Program-made: the position numbers and the translations under genes
Part shown: positions 24,273-32,000 of the stretch, one piece after another
How the letters are laid out: each line of letters opens with the position of its first letter
Position numbering within the stretch: the first letter of the stretch is position 1
The notes under the pieces: generated by a model
The model's input: the letters and a program-made list of their open reading frames with translations, nothing else
Databases searched by the model: none
What the model was told of the DNA's origin: nothing
Source: Nostoc sp. PCC 7120 = FACHB-418
Lineage (GTDB): Bacteria > Cyanobacteriota > Cyanobacteriia > Cyanobacteriales > Nostocaceae
Reading direction: 5' to 3'
Assembly: GCF_000009705.1 (NCBI RefSeq)
Contig: NC_003272.1
Location: 5,850,001 to 5,882,000, forward strand
DNA: 32,000 nt

Positions 24273-27200
24273 CTACTTATTAGGATTGCCAGTAATTGTA
24301 AAAGCTGCCCAATAATAAGGATGAGAATATAGATTTTTATCAGCAGGCATTTTGCTAATTCTATACAAATGCGTTGCTAAATAAGCTCTAAGCTTTAACT
24401 CTTGCGGGTCAAGGTTGTTGAGTAAATCTTCATACCACTGTGTTAATTCCGATGCCGTTAATTCTCTCAGCCAACCTGTAGCTTCAGCCAAAGCTGTACT
24501 TGCTGATTCTACTAACTGTAGTCGGCGGTAAAACTCAATGATGACTAAAGCGCTGGCTGATGATTCTACAGTCCAGAGAGTGCTAACTACTTGAGAAACA
24601 CCTTTGTAGAAAAATGCACTGACTAAATCTACATATTCACTGGTAGTTACTTGGTTAGTGTTAGTTACAGTTTCACAAGTGGAGAGAGTTACTAAGTTAT
24701 AAGTTGATAAATTTGTTTCACAGATTTCTGCCAAGGTGAATTTATCTTCACCTGCTAGGGCTAATTCTGATCTTTGCGGATCTGTTAACCTATTAATTGC
24801 CTGACCTGCAAAATGCAACACACTATAATTGCTAAAGAAGGCATCTTCAAAATTATTTTTAGTAGCTTCTCCACCTTGGAGCCGTTGACGATTGTTAAAC
24901 ATCTGGCTCACAACTTCGGCTTCCAGGTTAGCAAATCTCAAGGTCGGGTAAGCTGTATTATCAGGATATTCAACACTCAATAATGTTTGATTGACAAATT
25001 GGCCAATATTGGCTTGTTTTCCTGATAAAGCTATTTGAATATTTGGAAGATAGGCGATATCTGCAATTGGTATTGTTTCTGGGGAGTTAGAGATTTGAAA
25101 CAAGCAATGAAGAGGCACTCTAAATAAATCACGATGGGGAACCAAAATTAGTTGAGTAATATCTTCCAGTTCTTGTTGAATGGTGTCAATTTCCAGAATC
25201 TCTTTTAGCTGCAATAGCTTGTGTTCCATCTCCAACCGCCAAGGATGATTACTTTTGCTTTGTTGGTCTTGGGCTTGTTGATGATAATCTTGATAGTTTT
25301 GCTGCCAATCTTCTAACCAATTTTCAAAAGCAATTAGTCGTCTGGTAGCTTCGGGTAGAGGTAAATCTTGCAGAGGTGTGGCGTTAATTGCCCCTAAATC
25401 TTGGACTGGTGTAAAAACAAGAATTGGTGAGGGGGCTTGGTCTTTGATAATAAAGGTGTGTAAGGCGACTGGGCTAATATGCCAGTAAATAATTGCGGTG
25501 TGGGGATTCAGTAATTGTTGAACTGCACGATAATTTAGTGCTTGAATATCTGCGTTCCAACCACATAACAGCCAGGTTAAACAAGCATTTTTGCCCTGTT
25601 CTGCTATTTCCCAAGCTTCTACCAAATCACCATATTCTACAGCTACGTCAACGGCTAATTGTCCGAACCCCGCAAATTTAAGTGCCAGTTGTTTTTTAAT
25701 TTCTGCGGTGCGAGTTGGTTCACTCAGGAATTGTTGTAATAACCTTGAGCCGCGTTGCTGAAATTCTTGTGCTTGTGTTGTTTGTCCCAGTCCTAGCAAT
25801 GCTTTCACAAGAGATTGGAGAACTTCTAAATGTAACTGAGGAAAACCTGCACTTGTGAGGGTTAATAGGGCTTGATTGTACTCGGTTACAGCTTTGCGCC
25901 AATAGTTACGGGATGTAGAATATTTTTTACCTTGTTCATAATAGCTATTAGCGATCGCCAGATGTAATCTTCCCCAACCTTCTGGGTGGGTGTCTGGGCG
26001 AATATGTTTTAAACCTTCCTGATAACTAGCTAATTTACCTTCATAGCCAGCCTGCTTTAAGGTGGAATTATCGGCAGCTATGGTAGTCAATAAATTTAGT
26101 GGTGTGTCTGTCTCATTTAAATTACCAATAGCCGTCCCACGACCAATCCAAGCTTCCCAATAGTCCAGCTTGATTTGCAAAGCATTGTCATAACAAACGA
26201 TCGCTTCTAAAAATCGTTCTAAATAAAATAGCGCCACAGCTTGGTTGTACCAGGCGAGGTGAAAATCTGGCTTAATTTCTATCGCTTGCTTATAAGAGGC
26301 GATCGCTTCTGCACGACGACCTAAATTTTCTAAAGCTACACCCCGGTTATACCAAGCTAAGTAAAAATCTGCCTGAATTGATAAAGCTTGATCCCATGAG
26401 GCGATCGCTTCCGACCATTGTCCTAAATTAAATAGAACTACACCCCGGTCAATCCACACCTCATGGAAATCTGGTTGAATCTCTAAAGCTTTATCGTAGG
26501 AATCTATGGCCGCTTCGTATTGTTCATCTACACCTAAGGCAATACCTCGGTAATACCAATTTTCTTGGTCTTCCGGTGATAAAAGTAGGGCTTCATCGTA
26601 ACTCGCAATAGCTTCCCCAATTTGCCCCAACTTCAATTCTGCCCAACCTTTACTAGACCAAGCCCCTGGCATATCAGGCTGAATACTAATCGCTTGTTTG
26701 AGTGAGGCCACCGCTTCCTCATACAGTCCTAACTGCCCCAAAGTCCCACCCCGGTTATACCAAGCCTTGTAGTAATCGGGTTTAATTTCAATCGCTTGGT
26801 CATAGGAGGCGATCGCTTCCACAAACCTTTCTAAATGGAATAAAGTTAAACCGCGATTAAACCAGTATTCATAGGAACTGGGGTTTAATTGAATGGCTTG
26901 CTCATAATTAGCGATCGCCCCTAACAAATCACCTTGTTTAGCTTGCTGCAACCCTTGGTAAAATAATTCTTGTGCCTTGACAAAAGCATTTGAGTGTTCA
27001 TTGATAATAGCTGGTGGCTGCTGGTTAGTCTGCACGGTCAAATTTGCCGCCAATTGTTGGACTAAATTGGCACTTTGATCCAACCGCACCATTAACTCAT
27101 CCAAAGTGTAAGCAACATTGGGGTCTAAATTGACTAAAGACTCATCCCAATTACTTTGGGTTGAGACTATGGCTGCTGAGTTTTGTTCTCGATAATCTAA

Positions 27201-28094
27201 TACCAGTTCGCTTAAGTTACTGATGACATCTTCTTGGGCCGGCATCAGTAAAGGTGGTGCTGTAAATTCTGCTTGTTGATATTCCCAACTTAGTTCTTGT
27301 AAGTTTGTAGTGGCATCAACTACATCAGTTGGGGCTGTTTGCTCTTGCCAGCTAAGTTCTGGTGGATTTTCGATGATGTTGTCATCCACTAATTCAGTGG
27401 GAGCTATGTGATATTCCCAATTCAATTCCTGCAAATTTTCGATTGTATCTTCATCGACTGAGGCAGTGGGGACTGCGTGATATTCCCAACTCAGTTCTTG
27501 CAAGCTTGTGATTGTATCTTCATCAACAATCTCTAATTTTGCTTGGGTAGTAGCCGTTTCTGCTTCCCTTGACTCCCATAATAAATCTCCGAGATGGCGG
27601 ATTAATTCCTGTCCTGGCGAATCTGGAAGATTATCGCTAGTTTCGGGAACTGTAGTTGATGGTGCTTTTGTCTCCTCATTCACGTCATTTATTTCTATGA
27701 ATTCCCTGTCTAGTAAACGGATGCCAATATCATAAGAAAGCTCTCCCACCTTGCCAATCCCCAGTTCACCCAAAGTCACCATTTGTTTACCTAAATGATG
27801 ATTTGGTGCAGGTGACATCAGTAATTTTTCCCCAAATACCAACAACCAATCTATCCAGCGCTCAACACTAATGCGGTCTTCCATCCGTTGCAAATACCTA
27901 ATCGCCCACTGCTGCCCCCGCCCTTGATTCACACCTTGCAGCAACTGATTAAACAACAGTTCTAGATCCCCATTAGTTAGCTCAGGTGGTTCTTCTGCCA
28001 CCTGTTCCTTGACACCCTGGAAATAATCAGTTTGTGGATCATCAACAGGGTGTTTGTCAAAAGTTTTAAGCCACTGAAATAGCCGAGTGAGCAT
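24273..28094 (-). CDS. TPR-repeat CHAT-domain (caspase-like) protease, 1273 aa
   Basis: Unassigned N-terminal region, then 4-5 tandem 23-24-aa repeats, then ~9 TPR units (AWYNRG..L..L.R..EAIASY..A..I.PD). The C-terminal CHAT has a His in VLHFAGQA, a Cys in LSTCET, and the family-typical end HPYYWAAFTITG. Confidence 0.9.
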   Translation of the reverse strand: MLTRLFQWLKTFDKHPVDDPQTDYFQGVKEQVAEEPPELTNGDLELLFNQLLQGVNQGRGQQWAIRYLQRMEDRISVERWIDWLLVFGEKLLMSPAPNHHLGKQMVTLGELGIGKVGELSYDIGIRLLDREFIEINDVNEETKAPSTTVPETSDNLPDSPGQELIRHLGDLLWESREAETATTQAKLEIVDEDTITSLQELSWEYHAVPTASVDEDTIENLQELNWEYHIAPTELVDDNIIENPPELSWQEQTAPTDVVDATTNLQELSWEYQQAEFTAPPLLMPAQEDVISNLSELVLDYREQNSAAIVSTQSNWDESLVNLDPNVAYTLDELMVRLDQSANLVQQLAANLTVQTNQQPPAIINEHSNAFVKAQELFYQGLQQAKQGDLLGAIANYEQAIQLNPSSYEYWFNRGLTLFHLERFVEAIASYDQAIEIKPDYYKAWYNRGGTLGQLGLYEEAVASLKQAISIQPDMPGAWSSKGWAELKLGQIGEAIASYDEALLLSPEDQENWYYRGIALGVDEQYEAAIDSYDKALEIQPDFHEVWIDRGVVLFNLGQWSEAIASWDQALSIQADFYLAWYNRGVALENLGRRAEAIASYKQAIEIKPDFHLAWYNQAVALFYLERFLEAIVCYDNALQIKLDYWEAWIGRGTAIGNLNETDTPLNLLTTIAADNSTLKQAGYEGKLASYQEGLKHIRPDTHPEGWGRLHLAIANSYYEQGKKYSTSRNYWRKAVTEYNQALLTLTSAGFPQLHLEVLQSLVKALLGLGQTTQAQEFQQRGSRLLQQFLSEPTRTAEIKKQLALKFAGFGQLAVDVAVEYGDLVEAWEIAEQGKNACLTWLLCGWNADIQALNYRAVQQLLNPHTAIIYWHISPVALHTFIIKDQAPSPILVFTPVQDLGAINATPLQDLPLPEATRRLIAFENWLEDWQQNYQDYHQQAQDQQSKSNHPWRLEMEHKLLQLKEILEIDTIQQELEDITQLILVPHRDLFRVPLHCLFQISNSPETIPIADIAYLPNIQIALSGKQANIGQFVNQTLLSVEYPDNTAYPTLRFANLEAEVVSQMFNNRQRLQGGEATKNNFEDAFFSNYSVLHFAGQAINRLTDPQRSELALAGEDKFTLAEICETNLSTYNLVTLSTCETVTNTNQVTTSEYVDLVSAFFYKGVSQVVSTLWTVESSASALVIIEFYRRLQLVESASTALAEATGWLRELTASELTQWYEDLLNNLDPQELKLRAYLATHLYRISKMPADKNLYSHPYYWAAFTITGNPNK
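27189..27530 (-). repeat. in-frame tandem repeats inside the CHAT gene (aa 189-302)
   Basis: Units VDEDTI(T/E)(S/N)LQEL(S/N)WEYH.(A/V)PT.. appear four times, plus a degenerate fifth unit. Confidence 0.8.
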
Positions 28095-28220
28095 TTGCCA
28101 TACTCTTAAATTTTATTTACCCTAGATTGTAGCGATCGCTGTGTTGAACAACTCATGATAATTCATGATTTACGTGAAATCCACTAAAATTAATAGAGTT
28201 TTTCATATTTATGTGTAGAA

Positions 28221-28246
28221 GGGGCGTACAGCTAGCTGTACGCCCC
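28221..28246. repeat. 26-bp perfect palindrome / stem-loop
   Basis: GGGGCGTACAGCTAGCTGTACGCCCC is self-complementary over all 26 nt. It lies between the receiver operon end and the CHAT gene start. No clear U-tract on either strand. Confidence 0.85.
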
Positions 28247-28283
28247 TACAAATCCTATGTTTGAGAATTAATATTAAATATTC

Positions 28284-28478
28284 TTAACAATGTTTCCCTA
28301 CCTCTGCCAATGGTTTTTGTCCGCATTTGCCGATATTCGCAGTCATTTGCTGGTAAGCAACACCCGTTAATGTCGGTCTATTGTCTCTACAGTAACCATG
28401 ATACGGTTGGCAATACACATAGGTAGGTCGGTGTAAATAATTATTGTGGGAATCAAGATTTTTCTCGTTATTCCTCAC
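28284..28478 (-). CDS. hypothetical 64-aa Cys-containing ORF (doubtful)
   Basis: It overlaps the receiver gene 3' end by 11 nt on the same strand and has 4 Cys. No motif recognised. It may be spurious. Confidence 0.25.
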   Translation of the reverse strand: MRNNEKNLDSHNNYLHRPTYVYCQPYHGYCRDNRPTLTGVAYQQMTANIGKCGQKPLAEVGKHC

Positions 28479-28941
28479 GCCTTAATTTCCAGCTAGGCTT
28501 CAGCAGTTTTGTTATTTCTGTGACTAATTGCTCTATGGTTGAAGTCTTGCAGATACACGTTTGAAATCCAGCAGCAATAGCCTTTTTCTGTATGTTAAGT
28601 CCAGCATCCCCAGTAAAAGCGATCGCCGGAATTTCTCTATTTTTTGAATCTGTCAGCGTTCTGACTTGTTGGATTAACCAATAGCCATTTCTTTCTGGCA
28701 TATTAATGTCGCTAATCAACAGATCAAGTTTGATTTTTCTAATTAACTCAAATGCTTCTAAGGGATTAGTTGCTGTCATCACCTTAGTTCCATAGATTTC
28801 AAAAATCTCAGCAATTAAAAACCGCATATTCTCATCATCATCCACCATCAAAATTGTTAATTCTTTGAAAACATTTAAGTCTCTAATATCGTCTATAAAA
28901 TGCGTATTCTTAGGGCAATTTGACACAAGTATGTTATTCAT
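28468..28941 (-). CDS. single-domain response regulator (CheY-like receiver)
   Basis: 157 aa with canonical receiver residues: MVDDDE, the phospho-acceptor Asp in LLISDINMP, Thr in IAFTG, and a later Lys. Confidence 0.88.
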   Translation of the reverse strand: MNNILVSNCPKNTHFIDDIRDLNVFKELTILMVDDDENMRFLIAEIFEIYGTKVMTATNPLEAFELIRKIKLDLLISDINMPERNGYWLIQQVRTLTDSKNREIPAIAFTGDAGLNIQKKAIAAGFQTCICKTSTIEQLVTEITKLLKPSWKLRREE

Positions 28942-29461
28942 GATCTTTGTTCAAAGATGAGATTTGCATTCCTGTTAATGAGCTATCTGCTACTACCATG
29001 TCATTAATAAATGAGTGTTGTAGTACGTCAGTAAATAAATGATTACTACCAAATGGTAATAAATTCTGTATCAGGACAATTAATTTATCTAGGTCAATAG
29101 GTTTGATTAAATATCCTTCAAACTCTATCTCTGGAATTTCCTCAATAGTCCCTTTGATACAGGTTGAAGTTACAATAATGGGAATATGATTCCTACTACC
29201 TGCTTCCATTGCCATCAATTTATTTAGTAAAATGTAAATGCTTTCACCTAAGAATCTGATTTCACAAATGACAATGTGAGGGACAAAGCGAATCAAGATT
29301 TTTAATGCTTCCTTAATAGAATTTGTTGTGATTACAGTTGCCCCAACATCTTTGAGCAAAAGCGTATATAGCACTCCACTATCAATATCATTATCTACAA
29401 TGAGTATCTGCACACCTTTGAGTATCCCAACATTAAAAGTAGAAGCAGTATTTGGATTCAT
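28934..29461 (-). CDS. atypical receiver-domain protein (phospho-acceptor Asp replaced by Glu)
   Basis: Receiver fold motifs ILIVDND, IIVTS and YLIKP. The acceptor position reads HIVICEIRFLG, so Glu stands where Asp is expected. I chose ATG 29461 (MNPNTAST) over the GTG at 29518. It overlaps the next receiver gene by 8 nt. Confidence 0.8.
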   Translation of the reverse strand: MNPNTASTFNVGILKGVQILIVDNDIDSGVLYTLLLKDVGATVITTNSIKEALKILIRFVPHIVICEIRFLGESIYILLNKLMAMEAGSRNHIPIIVTSTCIKGTIEEIPEIEFEGYLIKPIDLDKLIVLIQNLLPFGSNHLFTDVLQHSFINDMVVADSSLTGMQISSLNKDHE

Positions 29462-29758
29462 AACAAAACCTGCAATTAGGATTTCCACTAGCCAAAGGAA
29501 ATAAAAAAACGTAATCACAAAGGTGGTAAATCAGTAGGTGGCGAAATCAAAAGTAGTAAATATCACTTGAATCATGCAGAGGAAATATCTACTTCTTGTA
29601 CTATGATTTGGTACTGTTTGATTTCGTGAATTAGTTGATTAACTACAACACAAAACTTATTCAAACTCATGTGTATTTTTAGTACTTCCAGATAGATAAC
29701 ACCCGTTGCCCATGAGCTTCAGCCTTTGACTGAGCGTTCACGAAGTTCTTTATGTTCC

Positions 29759-32000
29759 CTATTGCCATTCCCTATCCTCAAGTTCTTTTTGAGGCAATAA
29801 TAAGGTGGCTTCAATTTCCTGTCTGATAGCAGCAGTCACTTCACAGTTGCTATGCAGACAATCGAGTAGTAATTGATTGGCATCGTAATAGCGCTGTAGT
29901 ACTTGCTGCTGCTCTGGGCTAAATTGCCACTGATGATTAATATTGCGATAATTAGTAATCGTGATCTTTAATTGTTCAGCCCAGGCTGAATAACTAGTCT
30001 GCAACCATAGCCGAAACCGTTGTTGATTTTGACGAGAATTCGGCAACTGTTCAGCAAGTTTTTCCAGGGATTTATGAAGTCCAACATCTAGAACAATACC
30101 CAAAATGTTCGAGAGCGCATCTCCACAGGTGTGGAAGTGGGCAAAGTCCTGGTTCCCATCAATTGCACACTCTAACAGCAGGTCATCTAATGCTGCATCC
30201 AAAAACATCCCTTGGTCGAGGCTGCTGGCTAGGGCAAAGTGAGAAGATATATGAGGAGTCCGACTCAAGGCCAGGTAAAAAGCGCGAACTGTCGCATCTT
30301 TGGTTTGAGTGGGAATAGTACGAGATTTTTGGCTAGCCCAAGTCAAAAACTCTTGTAGATAAGGGTCTTGGGCGACTAGTGCATCAATCTGTTGCTTCAT
30401 CAACTGTACCAAGCCGTCTGCACTCCGGAGCATGGTAGCTGTCAACAAAAAGATTTCGCGCCAGTGGGGGTCGGTGATATGACTAACCAATCCTCCTAAG
30501 GCTTGCTCTAAAGCTTGTAGGTTATGACTAGCAACTATTTTTCTAGCCGTAAAATATTCTTGAAACGCCAGATAAGAAAAAGAGAAAATTCCCCTAGCTC
30601 TTTCTGCTAGTAACCCATGTTGAGCTTCGATTGCTTTGAGCGCTGCTTCGCTTTCTATTTGCAGTTCCTCTCCATCCATCGGTAAATGACTGAGATTCTG
30701 AATATAGTCAGCAATGTATTGCTCAACAACACGTTGTTCAAAAAAGTATTGACCTTTCTCAAATGTCGCGGCGGCAATTTGACTCAATAACTTGAGCTTT
30801 TGTGGTAACAAAAACCCTCGGTAAACTTCATCCCGTTCTATACCCCTGGCTTCATCCCATTTACCCAACAGCAGGTCTAAACCTTGCTTATAAAAGTCCG
30901 TGCGTTTAATGGGGAATTTTTCTTGACTATGAAACACCCAGCAGGCAAGATGCAGAAACAGGGGTGTAACAACGAGTTGGCGAAATTGCCAGTTTTCATC
31001 TAACTCTAGTTTCTCGATAAACTCAACAGATTGTGCCTGACCATCTTCAGTATTAGTCTTGGTAAAGGCGACAAACCATTTTTGAGCGAAGGCGATGATT
31101 TGTTCTAAGGTAAATGGGGCAATTTCAACATCGGTAAAGCCTCTGAGTACAAGTTTTTGAGAGGCTGTTCGACAAGTTGCGACAAACTGATTTTTGTGAT
31201 ATTTATCGGAAAATCGCCGAATTTCACTTAAGACAGCATTGCTTTGTTGGTTGAGGACTTCATCCATGCCATCAAGCAAAAGTAACACTCTACCTGCATT
31301 CAGCAAGGTTTCTATAACTGTGGGATCGGAAATTCCCGATGTGATAAACTCCTGGCGGATATAGTTTAATAGGCTGAACTCGTGGGTGACTTTAGATTCT
31401 TCCGCAAAATTCCTCAGTGTGATGAAGATTGGCACCTGATGAGCTGCAAATGTATTTTGGTTAGACTGAATGGCGAGATGTTGTAAAAAAGTAGTTTTAC
31501 CTACCCCCGGTTTACCTAGTACCCTGAGCTTGGAGTATGTTTCAACCGCCTGCATACTGGGTATTTGTTTTTGGGATACTTCACCTAAGCCAAAGCGATC
31601 AAATTCTTTGGGGTCGAGGTTCTGCAAATCAGTAATTTCTAAATACTGTTGACTAGCAATTAACTCCAAAATATTCACATCTATATATATGTCATCGATC
31701 GCCACAGGATGGCTGATGTCCAATAATTGCAAAATACCACACTGGTATTGAATCTTGTCAAAGCGTTGCGATCGCACTTGCTGCACTAATCTATCGATAT
31801 CCAAGACAGAGGGCTGGGCTATTTCCTCTCGTTCGCCAAATTCTGCTGGTGGGTTAGCAGCAATCTCCCGCCAATTCAATTCTAAAACCGAACAAATTTC
31901 AATAAAGGTCAGACGTTCAACTGGACGACCACTAAAAAATCGCCAAATTGGCTGTCGAGTTTTTAAGTTGACTTCAATGGCTAAATTTTCTTGAGTCCAC
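29759..32000 (-). CDS. HTH-NACHT STAND NTPase (5' end outside window)
   Basis: Walker A GKPGVGKTT, Walker B LLLLDGMDEV, and a long helical C-terminal region. The frame stays open upstream of the track start (TTG 31879) to the window edge. That stretch encodes WTQENLAIEVNLKTRQPIWRFFSGRPV, an XRE-type HTH. Confidence 0.88.
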   Translation of the reverse strand, partial: WTQENLAIEVNLKTRQPIWRFFSGRPVERLTFIEICSVLELNWREIAANPPAEFGEREEIAQPSVLDIDRLVQQVRSQRFDKIQYQCGILQLLDISHPVAIDDIYIDVNILELIASQQYLEITDLQNLDPKEFDRFGLGEVSQKQIPSMQAVETYSKLRVLGKPGVGKTTFLQHLAIQSNQNTFAAHQVPIFITLRNFAEESKVTHEFSLLNYIRQEFITSGISDPTVIETLLNAGRVLLLLDGMDEVLNQQSNAVLSEIRRFSDKYHKNQFVATCRTASQKLVLRGFTDVEIAPFTLEQIIAFAQKWFVAFTKTNTEDGQAQSVEFIEKLELDENWQFRQLVVTPLFLHLACWVFHSQEKFPIKRTDFYKQGLDLLLGKWDEARGIERDEVYRGFLLPQKLKLLSQIAAATFEKGQYFFEQRVVEQYIADYIQNLSHLPMDGEELQIESEAALKAIEAQHGLLAERARGIFSFSYLAFQEYFTARKIVASHNLQALEQALGGLVSHITDPHWREIFLLTATMLRSADGLVQLMKQQIDALVAQDPYLQEFLTWASQKSRTIPTQTKDATVRAFYLALSRTPHISSHFALASSLDQGMFLDAALDDLLLECAIDGNQDFAHFHTCGDALSNILGIVLDVGLHKSLEKLAEQLPNSRQNQQRFRLWLQTSYSAWAEQLKITITNYRNINHQWQFSPEQQQVLQRYYDANQLLLDCLHSNCEVTAAIRQEIEATLLLPQKELEDREWQ

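Noticed and set aside
24045-24332. 95-aa plus-strand ORF in the AraC/CHAT intergenic region
   Set aside because: It starts with a non-ATG codon in AT-rich promoter DNA and runs into the 3' end of the CHAT gene on the opposite strand. It has no motifs. The region is more likely regulatory.
29462-29518. GTG-initiated hydrophobic extension of the pseudo-receiver ORF
   Set aside because: The in-frame ATG at 29461 gives a normal receiver N-terminus. The extension would add a Phe/Leu-rich segment unusual for this family. The evidence is weak either way.
1-32000. CRISPR arrays, rRNA genes, transposases/IS elements, integrases, dndA (cysteine desulfurase), and DndFGH, PbeABCD or SspE homologues
   Set aside because: I looked for regularly spaced 25-40-bp direct repeats, DDE/tyrosine-recombinase-like ORFs, PLP-dependent desulfurase motifs and very large helicase-nuclease ORFs. 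None was found in any frame of the supplied track or by reading the intergenic regions.

Overview
The window looks like a filamentous-cyanobacterium (Nostocales-like) chromosome. Support: at least 24 copies of the HIP1 octamer GCGATCGC, heptamer tandem repeats, an Anabaena-type LexA box, and Uma2/DUF820 genes. Left flank (1-4.9 kb) is housekeeping: sensor histidine kinase, histidine-phosphatase/PGM-family protein, tRNA-Thr(UGU), argF, autoregulated lexA. Centre (5.0-19.2 kb) is a DNA phosphorothioation (PT) defence island. It carries dndB, dndC, dndD and dndE in an unusual split layout. dndB is divergent from dndC. An XRE/orf84 cassette lies between dndC and dndD, and a MazF-type toxin-antitoxin pair lies between dndD and dndE. 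There is no dndA. No DndFGH, SspE or other known PT-dependent restriction partner is present. The adjacent block (5034-11927) encodes an SF2 res-like helicase, an untracked 59-aa ORF translationally coupled to a second DndD-family SMC-like ATPase, two Uma2 PD-(D/E)xK nucleases, an acidic 156-aa protein, and an HNH_2 nuclease. The unassigned N-terminal domain of that nuclease carries motifs reminiscent of a PT sulfur-binding domain. I consider this block the best candidate for a previously undescribed PT-linked effector arm. Right part: an iron-siderophore uptake cluster (substrate-binding lipoprotein, TonB-dependent receptor, AraC regulator). It is followed by a co-directional array of HTH-NACHT NTPase (runs off the window), an Asp->Glu pseudo-receiver, a canonical receiver, and a 1273-aa TPR-CHAT protease. 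I saw no CRISPR array, rRNA, transposase or integrase. All family assignments come from motif reading, not database searches.
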